Assembly: GCA_022843945.1 (NCBI GenBank)
Contig: JALHMR010000002.1
Location: forward strand, 72,073 to 136,072
Direction of reading: 5' to 3'
DNA from: Rhodospirillaceae bacterium
Lineage (GTDB): Bacteria; Pseudomonadota; Alphaproteobacteria; CACIAM-22H2
DNA: 64,000 nt
Each line of letters begins with the position of its first letter. Within the stretch, counting starts at the first letter, position 1. Below the pieces are notes generated by a model. The model had not been told where the DNA came from. It saw nothing but the letters and a program-made list of their open reading frames with translations, and made no database searches. Shown here piece by piece: positions 40,083 through 48,913 of this stretch. Made by a program: the position numbers and the translations under genes.

Positions 40083-40817
40083 TCATTTCTTGGAAGAGCG
40101 ATAGCCGCGCATGGCGATGTTGGCGTCGCGGCCGGCGATCATCGCCTCGTCGTAAGGCAGCTCCATCACCTTGTAGAACAGCTCCTTGGTGGCCCGCATG
40201 GCGACCGGGTCGATGGAAGCCAGGCGGGTGGCAAGGGCGACGGCCTCGTTGAGCAACCCTTCGTCGGGGACCAGCCGGTTGATCAACCCCAGACTTTGCG
40301 CCTGCTGGGCGGTGAGCGGCTCGCCCAGCGCCACCAGCTCGAAGGCTTTCTTCGGTCCGAGCTGGCGCACCAGGCCGGTCATGACGATGGCGCCGACGAT
40401 GCCGTGCTTGGTCTCGGGATAGCCTAATTTGAGAGTCGGCGAGGCGACGACGAGGTCGCTGGCCAGGCACAGGCCGGCGCCGCCGCCGACGGCGTGGCCG
40501 CGGGCCGCCGCGACGATCGGCTTGCCGAGCGTGGGAAAGGCGACGTGCAAGCGCCGAGAAAGATCGGCGCGCTGGAACACGGCCTCCGGATTGTCGCTGG
40601 TCAGGGTGGCGAACTCGGAAGTGTCGGCGCCGGCGCAGAAGGCGCGGCCGGCGCCCGTCACCACGACGGCGCGCACGCTGTCGTCGTCGCGCGCGGCCTC
40701 CAGCCCTTTGAGCAGCTCGGCGGTCAGCTCGCTGTTGAGGGCGTTGAGCTTGTCCGGACGGTTCATCGTCAGGATGCGGACCGCTTCACGATTTTCGACC
40801 AGGAGCACGTCAGGCAT
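40083..40817 (-). CDS. Enoyl-CoA hydratase/isomerase family protein
   Basis: RAFCAGADTSEF and GHAVGGGAGLCLASD crotonase motifs. Start at ATG 40817, with an 8-bp overlap with the upstream gene; the track's TTG start is 40841. Confidence 0.8.
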   Translation of the reverse strand: MPDVLLVENREAVRILTMNRPDKLNALNSELTAELLKGLEAARDDDSVRAVVVTGAGRAFCAGADTSEFATLTSDNPEAVFQRADLSRRLHVAFPTLGKPIVAAARGHAVGGGAGLCLASDLVVASPTLKLGYPETKHGIVGAIVMTGLVRQLGPKKAFELVALGEPLTAQQAQSLGLINRLVPDEGLLNEAVALATRLASIDPVAMRATKELFYKVMELPYDEAMIAGRDANIAMRGYRSSKK

Positions 40818-41793
40818 GGGCGGTTTCCGCGGCAAGGCCAAGACCGGTGCGCGTCACTTTGCCGAACAACTGGCGGCCGAGAGTTTCCTCGCACAGCCGG
40901 GCGACGTCGATCAGGCGGTCGAGATCGAGGCCGGTATCCACACCCATGGCCTCGAACATCGCCACCAGGTCCTCGGTGCAGACATTGCCGGTGTAGCCGC
41001 CGCCGTATTTCACCTGGGCCGGATGGCCGCCCACGCCGCCGAACGATGAGTCGAAATGCCGTACGCCGGCATCGAGCGCAGCGACGCAATTGGCGAGGCC
41101 GGTGCCGCGGGTATCGTGGAGATGGGCGATCGGCGTGACCTCGCGGAGATCGGCCACGACCCGGCCGAACAGCGCGGCGATGGAACGCGGATCGCCATGG
41201 CCGGTCGTGTCGCCCAGCGCCACGTGGGCCACGCCAAGCTCGGCGAAGCGGCGGACGTCCGCCATCACCACGCCGGGGTCGACGGCACCCTCGAACGGGC
41301 AGCCGAAGGCGACGGAAACCACACCGATCAGCCGGAACTTGCCGCTGGCGGCACGCGCCATCTCCGTGATCCGCGCCCATTGCTCGGCGCGCGAGGATTT
41401 GAGATTACGTTGACTATGAGACTCTGTGGCCGAGACCAGCAGGCTGATCTCATTGACGCCGATACCGGCGTCGCGATCGGCCAGGGCGCGCTCGACGGCT
41501 TTCAGGTTGGCGCAGGTCGCCTTGTAATAGACGCCGGGCCGGCGCTTGAGGACGGCCAGCACCTCAGAAGCATCAGAAAACTGCGGCACCACCTTGGGGT
41601 TCGAGTACGAGGTCGCCTCGACCCGGCTGAAGCCCAGCTCGGCGAAGCGCTCGACCAGCGCGACCTTTTGCGCGGTCGGCACGAAACCGGGCTCGTGCTG
41701 CAGCCCGTCGCGGGCAAAGCATTCGCAGATGACGACGCGTTCGCTCAAGAAAGTCTCTTCATGAAAGGGACGCTGCAACGGTGTTCTTATCAT
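40810..41793 (-). CDS. HMG-CoA-lyase-like (DRE-TIM metallolyase) protein
   Basis: ECFARDGLQ N-terminal motif and the HxH metal site (AHLHDTRG) typical of hydroxymethylglutaryl-CoA lyase and related acyl-CoA lyases. Confidence 0.8.
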   Translation of the reverse strand: MIRTPLQRPFHEETFLSERVVICECFARDGLQHEPGFVPTAQKVALVERFAELGFSRVEATSYSNPKVVPQFSDASEVLAVLKRRPGVYYKATCANLKAVERALADRDAGIGVNEISLLVSATESHSQRNLKSSRAEQWARITEMARAASGKFRLIGVVSVAFGCPFEGAVDPGVVMADVRRFAELGVAHVALGDTTGHGDPRSIAALFGRVVADLREVTPIAHLHDTRGTGLANCVAALDAGVRHFDSSFGGVGGHPAQVKYGGGYTGNVCTEDLVAMFEAMGVDTGLDLDRLIDVARLCEETLGRQLFGKVTRTGLGLAAETAHA

Positions 41794-41858
41794 ATGAGTT
41801 CATACATTTACGGCCGTCAATCACCATGTCATAGAAGCAGAGCGCAGAGGAGGTGGAT

Positions 41859-42269
41859 ATGAAGCTCAAAGATTTCATTCGAGAAAGCTTGGTTGAGATC
41901 GCCTTCGGAGTTCACCAGGCAAAGGTTGCAGCGAAGGATCTGGTGGCAATATCACCAGGCCATCTTAATGGTCAGATTGTTCAGGAAAAAATCTACGTGG
42001 ATTTCGACGTTGCAGTAACTGTCAACGAAGTTCGAGAGACAGATAAAGAAGGGAAGCTGGGGATCCAGGCTCAAATTGAGGTGCTGGGCAACAAGTTAGG
42101 CGGCGAGTTGGGTGGCGGTGGGGCCGTTAGCCAGTCATCAAGCACTCAGACGGCAAGCCGAGTAGTCTTCAAGGTGCCGGTCTATCTCAATTCTCACTTC
42201 CGCAACGACGCTGGTTTCGACAAGGAGGTGAAATTTATGGAGGAGCTTTCGAATCGGACCAACAAGTGA
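41859..42269 (+). CDS. Trypco2-like (trypsin-co-occurring domain 2) protein, in a low-GC islet
   Basis: ATG 5 nt after AGAGGAGG (the track ORF begins at the upstream GTG 41853). The pattern helix...IYVDFDVAVTVNEV...GKLGIQAQIEVLGNKLGGELGGGG..SQSSSTQTASRVVFKVPVYL matches the trypco2 pattern as recalled (E-L-E-F-Q-V ... K-F-W-V-L-E-L-G-G-K-G..SQ..TQ..K.SL.P). GC is about 50%. My own base numbering here differs from the track by 1 nt; the track frame was used. Confidence 0.45.
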   Translation: MKLKDFIRESLVEIAFGVHQAKVAAKDLVAISPGHLNGQIVQEKIYVDFDVAVTVNEVRETDKEGKLGIQAQIEVLGNKLGGELGGGGAVSQSSSTQTASRVVFKVPVYLNSHFRNDAGFDKEVKFMEELSNRTNK

Positions 42270-42282
42270 CTGGAAGAACAAA

Positions 42283-42903
42283 ATGCCAAATGGTTCGGCG
42301 CAGCAAAAGTACTTAGCGTTGATGGCGATGATACGGCGGCGCTTTGACATCATCCGCGCGTTGAACGATTCAAACTCTAATTTCGTTGCCGCTGAGACGG
42401 CGGCGTTTCATGGCCGGAAAATCGTAGAAGGAATCGCATTTGGATGCTTGGTGGCTTTGGAGAATGGAATTCGCCATGTTCCTCGCGATGCAAAGGGCCA
42501 ATGGAAAGCGGATGCAATATTCAAATCTCTGCTTGCTAAGGGGCTTCCCGTTTTCCCCTCACCCAGCATCATCCGGGCTGCCACTACTGATGAAAAAGTA
42601 GCTCACGCAAGCAACATTGTAATCGAAGGCCAACCTGATCGGCGTTTAACTCACGAACAAATACAAGGGATGTACGAACGGCTGCATCGATGGGCTCACG
42701 AATTGAATCCCTATGTTGAGGAGGGGCACGCAGAGTTTTTTGATAAGCACACGGAGCAGTTGAGGGATGATTTGATGCGTTTAGAGCGGTTTATCGAACG
42801 GCATACTATATCCATCCGCGGCGCGATGTTTTTCAGTGTTTTAAGAGATGCGGCTGACGGATCAGTGAAAGTGATACCGCTTACTAAGGTTGCAGACACC
42901 TAA
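42283..42903 (+). CDS. Hypothetical alpha-helical protein, possibly HEPN-like; second gene of the low-GC islet
   Basis: 206-aa ORF 13 bp after the trypco2-like gene. Predicted to be all-alpha. Candidate Rx4-6H motif (ERLHRWAHEL). No other family recognised. Its stop lies 1 bp before the acyl-CoA synthetase ATG. Confidence 0.4.
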   Translation: MPNGSAQQKYLALMAMIRRRFDIIRALNDSNSNFVAAETAAFHGRKIVEGIAFGCLVALENGIRHVPRDAKGQWKADAIFKSLLAKGLPVFPSPSIIRAATTDEKVAHASNIVIEGQPDRRLTHEQIQGMYERLHRWAHELNPYVEEGHAEFFDKHTEQLRDDLMRLERFIERHTISIRGAMFFSVLRDAADGSVKVIPLTKVADT

Positions 42904-42904
42904 G

Positions 42905-44527
42905 ATGCGACGCGGTTTTCTTCGCGAACAGCTTGAGCCCTGGATGCTCCGAACCTTCGGTTCGGTGCTGGCCGACGTTGCGGTGCGCCAGCCGGAGGCC
43001 GAGGCCCTGGTCGTCGGCGCGCGGCGCCTGACCTATGCCGGGCTCCAGGAGGCGGCGCGCCGTGTCGGGTCGGGGCTTCTCCGCCTGGGTATCCGCCGGG
43101 GCGACCATGTCGCGGTCTGCATGGAGAACGGCCTGGAATGGGTCCAGGTGTTCTACGGCTGCGCCCTGATCGGCGCGGTGGTGGTGCCGGTCAATACGCG
43201 CTTCAAGGAGGCGGAGCTGCGCTACTGCCTGGCGCAGTCTGACGCCAAGGCGCTGGTCGTCGTCGACCGCTTCCTGAAGATCGACTTCATCGCCATGCTG
43301 CGCGCCATCGAGCCGGCGATCGATGAGGGGTTGCCCGGCTCCACGCTACCGCAGTTGCGGCAGGTGATCGTGCGCGGCACGGACGTGCCCCCAGGAGCCT
43401 TGCCGTTCTCTGTCCTGGAAGAGCCGGCCTCGGCGTTGGAAACCGCCGTGCAGCCGGCCGACGTGGTGCTGATCCAGTACACCTCGGGCACCACCGCCGA
43501 GCCCAAGGGCGTGATGCTCAGCCACGACAGCATGCTGCGCAACGCCGCCAACGCCGCGGCACGTATCGGCATCCGGCCCGACGACCGCTATTTCAGCCCG
43601 CGGCCGTTCTATCACGTGGCCGGCACCACGCTCGCCATCCTGGCGGCGCTCAGCGCCGGCGCCTGCCTCGTGACCCTGCCGATGTTCGACACCGACGAGG
43701 CGCTTGCTTTGATGTCGCGCGAGCGCTGCACCCTGATCTCGGGTAACGACACGATCTTCCTGATGGTGATGAACCATCCGCGGCGGGCCGAGTTTCCGCT
43801 GTCCTTGCGCGGCGGCTGGGCGGCGGCCGGGATCGAGGTCATGCAGCAGGCCCACGACCGGCTCGGCCTCAAGGACCTGGTCTACGCCTACGGCCTGTCC
43901 GAGGCCTCGCCCAACGTCATCATGACCGGATACGACGAGCCCCTGGCCGATCGCCTGGCCGGCATCACCCGCACGCATAAGGGGCTCGAGATCCGCATCT
44001 GCGACGTGGAGAGCGGCGCCGTGTTGCCGGCCGGCACGCCGGGCGAGATCCAGGTGCGCGGCTGGAGCGTGATGAAGGGCTATTACAACAAGCCGGCTGA
44101 AACGGCGAAAGCCCTGCTGCCCGAGGGCTGGCTGCGCACCGGCGACCTGGGCGTGCTGGACGGACAGGGGCGGCTGCGCTTCATCGGCCGAGCCAAGGAT
44201 ATCTTCCGCGTCGGCGGCGAGAACGTGGCGCCGGCCGATGTCGAGGAGGTGCTGCACGGCCATCCCAAGGTCAAACAGGCCCAGGTGATCGGCGTGCCTG
44301 ACCAGCGGCTGGGCGAGGTGGCGGCCGCCTACGTGATCCTCAACGAGGGGCAGAGCGCCCGGCCGGCGGAGCTGATCGAGTGGTGCCGCGCGCGCTGCGC
44401 CAATTTCAAGGTGCCGCGCTACCTGCGGGTGATCGAGACCTTCGACGGCATCGGCATGACCGGCAGCAGCAAGGTGCAAAAACACAAGTTGCGCGAGCAG
44501 GCGCTGAAGGACTTTAATCTGGGGTAA
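42905..44527 (+). CDS. AMP-dependent acyl-CoA synthetase/ligase
   Basis: AMP-binding signature (IQYTSGTTAEPKGVMLSH), the YGLSE motif, and a C-terminal ...GKVQKHKLRE. Start is ambiguous: ATG 42905 sits immediately after the islet, and ATG 42944 is the alternative. Confidence 0.85.
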   Translation: MRRGFLREQLEPWMLRTFGSVLADVAVRQPEAEALVVGARRLTYAGLQEAARRVGSGLLRLGIRRGDHVAVCMENGLEWVQVFYGCALIGAVVVPVNTRFKEAELRYCLAQSDAKALVVVDRFLKIDFIAMLRAIEPAIDEGLPGSTLPQLRQVIVRGTDVPPGALPFSVLEEPASALETAVQPADVVLIQYTSGTTAEPKGVMLSHDSMLRNAANAAARIGIRPDDRYFSPRPFYHVAGTTLAILAALSAGACLVTLPMFDTDEALALMSRERCTLISGNDTIFLMVMNHPRRAEFPLSLRGGWAAAGIEVMQQAHDRLGLKDLVYAYGLSEASPNVIMTGYDEPLADRLAGITRTHKGLEIRICDVESGAVLPAGTPGEIQVRGWSVMKGYYNKPAETAKALLPEGWLRTGDLGVLDGQGRLRFIGRAKDIFRVGGENVAPADVEEVLHGHPKVKQAQVIGVPDQRLGEVAAAYVILNEGQSARPAELIEWCRARCANFKVPRYLRVIETFDGIGMTGSSKVQKHKLREQALKDFNLG

Positions 44528-44650
44528 CGGAAACAGACCCCCTCACCCGACGCCTTCGGCGTCACCCTCTCCCGCGAGGGGAGAGGGTCAGTGGGTGCAC
44601 TGCAATTAAACCTCTCCCCTTGCGGGAGAGGTCGCGAGCGGCAGCGAGCG
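44528..44650. repeat. Structured REP-like element (CCCTCTCCC...GGGAGAGGG family): outer stem plus two inner hairpins
   Basis: Outer inverted repeat CCCCTCACCCG...CGGGTGAGGGG. Inner hairpins ACCCTCTCCC-gcga-GGGGAGAGGGT and ACCTCTCCCC-ttgc-GGGAGAGGT, plus GACGCC-ttc-GGCGTC. Confidence 0.6.
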
Positions 44651-44674
44651 GGTGAGGGGTAACGGGAGAAGCGT

Positions 44675-45457
44675 ATGTCCAACGTCGTCAAGAAGCCGGA
44701 TACCCGCAAAGCCCTGCGCGAGCGCGTCAGCGCGGCGGAGTGGCAGATGCGTGTCGATCTCGCGGCCTGCTACCGCCTGATCGCCCATTTCCGCTGGACG
44801 GACATGATCTACACCCACATCTCGGCGCGCGTGCCGGGCGAGCCGGATCATTTCCTGATCAACGCCTACGGCCTGATGTTCGACGAGATGAAGGCCTCGA
44901 ACCTGGTCAAGGTCGACCACGAGGGAAACCTGCTCGACGACCCCACGGGCCTCGGCATCAATCCCGCCGGCTTCACCATCCACAGCGCCGTCCACATGGC
45001 GCGACCGGATGTCGACTGCGTGCTGCACACGCACACCTCGGCCGGCATGGCGATCGCCAGTCAGAAGCAGGGACTGTTGATGCTGAACCAGCACGCCATG
45101 CGCTTCCACAACCGCATCGGCTACCACGACTACGAAGGTGTGGCGCTCAACCTCGACGAGCGCGGCCGGCTGCAGAAGAATCTCGGCGACAAGTTCGTGC
45201 TGATCCTGCGCAACCACGGCCTGCTGACCTGCGGGCGCACGGTGCGCGAGGCCTTCGACCTGATGTACTACCTGCAGCGCGCCTGCGAGGCGCAGGTCGT
45301 GGCGCAGTCGACCGGCGCCGAGCTCATTCTCGGCGACGATACGGTTGCCGAGCACGTCGCCCGCCAGTTCGAGCGCCCGGGCCGGCCCTCGGCGCAGAAG
45401 GACTGGCCGGCGCTCACCCGGATGCTCGACCGCATCGATCCGTCGTACAAGGACTGA
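44675..45457 (+). CDS. Class II aldolase/adducin-family protein
   Basis: Metal-binding His cluster (VLHTHTSAG) and VLILRNHGLLTCG. Confidence 0.85.
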   Translation: MSNVVKKPDTRKALRERVSAAEWQMRVDLAACYRLIAHFRWTDMIYTHISARVPGEPDHFLINAYGLMFDEMKASNLVKVDHEGNLLDDPTGLGINPAGFTIHSAVHMARPDVDCVLHTHTSAGMAIASQKQGLLMLNQHAMRFHNRIGYHDYEGVALNLDERGRLQKNLGDKFVLILRNHGLLTCGRTVREAFDLMYYLQRACEAQVVAQSTGAELILGDDTVAEHVARQFERPGRPSAQKDWPALTRMLDRIDPSYKD

Positions 45458-45475
45458 AAACGCGCGCCGCTGAAA

Positions 45476-46822
45476 CTAGCGTGGTGGCGGCTTCAAGTCG
45501 TCCGGGCGGTCAGGCGTAGACGGCTCGATACGCCCGACGCTAGGTCTCCTGCTACACAGGGTCGTCGGCTCGTTGATGTTCGTCGGATCGATCAGGTCGA
45601 CGATCATCTGCCGAATGTCATCGGAGACGCGGGTCGGGGCGAGCACCGCCGCCCGCCTCAGGAAACGCCGGATACCGTAGTCCTTGTCGCCGACCTCCCA
45701 GTCGGTTGGGAAGTCGCTGCCCGGCCGTCCGCGAAACAGCTTCAAAATCTCCCAGATGGTGAAAGCAGGCCATTTCGGACACACGATATCCGGCCGCAAA
45801 AAATCCCGCTCGATGATTACATTGGGGGACACGCCGTCACTGGCCGCACCGAACTGGTAGCGCTCAAGATTCGGCGTGACGAGGCAACGCAGCGCTGAGC
45901 GAACCCCGTTCTGGCTCCGCTCGGAATCGGCCAGCGAGGTCAACGGTGGCGAGACACTTTGGGTGATGAAGGCCCGTCGAAACGGCAAAGGTCTCTCGCG
46001 GCCGAAAAGCTCATGCAACAGCTCTTCGGCGGCGAACTCGCTGAACGCCTCGTGGAAGGCGATATTCGGCCACTCTTGCCGGCCGGCCGTGCCTTCGAAG
46101 CCAAAACGGCGGCTGCAGACGCCCTTGTGCCAAGCGGTCACACCCTTGTTGTGGTCGTAGTTCCAGATATGCATCATCTCGTGCAGCAGCGTGATCAGGA
46201 GCTGGGGGTCGGTGTCGGTGAGGTCGTTGTCGAGGCCGACTCTGCGGTTGGCGATGTGGGTGGCGTATGAAGCGTTGAACACGGTCGGGGCCGGCCATTG
46301 GATCCGGATGTGGCCGCCGAAGGCTAGCCAGGGGTCGGCGCGCCGCAGCCGCCGGATGAGGGTCATGGCGGCGTACCACAGAAGCGCGCGTGTATTGTTT
46401 CGGCGGCTCGCCAGCGCCTCGGTTGCCGAATCTGGATGGAAGTAGAGATCGCCCAGAGAGCGCGTCGTCTCGGCCGACCGTTCCTCATCCTCGTACACCG
46501 AAAAACGTACGACGTCGCTGTCTTTCTTGTGGGCAGTTATGGAGAGATCGTCACTGACAAAGGCGATCTCGACACTAAGCCGTCGGGCCCGGTCGGACAT
46601 GTCCTTTTCAATAAGGAAGTTGCCCTGCTCGTCCGCGTGGCTGCGGGCAAGAACGTTATCGCCATTGCAAAGCAGGACTGTGATGCCGATGAGCGGCTTT
46701 GGCCGCACCGCCTCGAAGTGGGAGCTGGCTGGCGCTCCCGCAATCACCGGAGGCGGGGGAGGTATGGGGTTCGTCAGGTCGTCGCGCGCGATCAAGCGGC
46801 CGGAAATACGCCATGCAACCAT
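45476..46822 (-). CDS. Hypothetical protein with a zincin HExxH motif (putative metallopeptidase)
   Basis: LLHEMMHIWNYDH gives HExxHxxNxxH, a metzincin-like spacing with Asn where Gly is usual. N-terminal Pro-rich linker. GC somewhat lower than the host. No family assigned. Confidence 0.5.
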   Translation of the reverse strand: MVAWRISGRLIARDDLTNPIPPPPPVIAGAPASSHFEAVRPKPLIGITVLLCNGDNVLARSHADEQGNFLIEKDMSDRARRLSVEIAFVSDDLSITAHKKDSDVVRFSVYEDEERSAETTRSLGDLYFHPDSATEALASRRNNTRALLWYAAMTLIRRLRRADPWLAFGGHIRIQWPAPTVFNASYATHIANRRVGLDNDLTDTDPQLLITLLHEMMHIWNYDHNKGVTAWHKGVCSRRFGFEGTAGRQEWPNIAFHEAFSEFAAEELLHELFGRERPLPFRRAFITQSVSPPLTSLADSERSQNGVRSALRCLVTPNLERYQFGAASDGVSPNVIIERDFLRPDIVCPKWPAFTIWEILKLFRGRPGSDFPTDWEVGDKDYGIRRFLRRAAVLAPTRVSDDIRQMIVDLIDPTNINEPTTLCSRRPSVGRIEPSTPDRPDDLKPPPR

Positions 46823-46850
46823 GTCGTCCCCCTAGCGATTGGCGCGGCGA

Positions 46851-48023
<1,173 letters not shown>

Positions 48024-48087
48024 CGCTGCTCCTAAAGTAGGGAATCACGGGGTCGGGTTCAAACGGGGGATCACGGGAGGGCCGGAA

Positions 48088-48900
48088 ATGACCGCGATTG
48101 CCGCGCCGACGATCCGCAAACCCGCCGTGGCCGGGCTGTTCTACCCCGGCGACGCGGCTACGCTCGCGGCCGAGGTCGATGCGCTGCTGGCCGCCGTGCC
48201 GGCAGCGCCGGGGCCGGTGCCCAAGGCGCTTATTGTTCCTCATGCGGGGTATCAATACTCGGGCCCGATCGCGGCGAGCGCCTATGCCCGGTTGCGGCCG
48301 GCGCGCCAGACGATCCGCCGGGTGGTGTTGCTCGGCCCGGCCCACCGCGAATGGTTCCCGGGGCTGGCGCTGCCCTCGGTCACCCAGTTCCGCACGCCGC
48401 TGGGCGACGTGCTGCTCGACGGCGAGCGGGCGGCGCATCTCGCCGCGCTGCCGGGCGTGGTGATGCGCGACGACGCGCACCGGCTGGAGCACAGTCTCGA
48501 AGTCCACCTGCCGTTCCTGCAGCGCCTGCTGGCCCAGTTCACGCTGCTGCCGATCGCCGTCAGCGAGGCCACGCCGGGACAGGTGGCGCGCGCGCTGGCC
48601 GCGGTATGGGGCGGCCCGGAGACCGTAATCGTGATCTCCTCCGACCTCAGCCATTATCACGACTACGCCACCGCGCAGGGCATCGACGCGCGTACGGCCG
48701 AAGCCATCGAGCGGCTGGAGGGCGGCGAGCTCGATGGCGAGCGCGCCTGCGGCTACATCCCGGTCCAGGGCCTGCTGCTCGAGGCCGCCTCGCGTGGGCT
48801 CCGCGTGGCGCGGACGGACCTGCGCAACTCCGGCGACACCGCGGGTCCGCGCGGCGAGGTCGTCGGCTACGGCGCCTGGACCTTTGCCGAGCGGGGATGA
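48088..48900 (+). CDS. MEMO1-family protein (AmmeMemoRadiSam system protein B)
   Basis: LIVPHAGYQYSG and SSDLSHYH are MEMO-family motifs. Start at Met 48088 with a GGGAGG RBS. Divergent from the radical SAM gene. Confidence 0.75.
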   Translation: MTAIAAPTIRKPAVAGLFYPGDAATLAAEVDALLAAVPAAPGPVPKALIVPHAGYQYSGPIAASAYARLRPARQTIRRVVLLGPAHREWFPGLALPSVTQFRTPLGDVLLDGERAAHLAALPGVVMRDDAHRLEHSLEVHLPFLQRLLAQFTLLPIAVSEATPGQVARALAAVWGGPETVIVISSDLSHYHDYATAQGIDARTAEAIERLEGGELDGERACGYIPVQGLLLEAASRGLRVARTDLRNSGDTAGPRGEVVGYGAWTFAERG

Positions 48901-48913
48901 CTCCCAGGCCGAG

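Noticed and set aside
48734-48913. Upstream ATG start (48734) for the phosphotransferase/GNAT fusion
   Set aside because: It would overlap 167 bp of the MEMO gene in another frame. The first in-frame start after the MEMO stop is the GTG at 48914.
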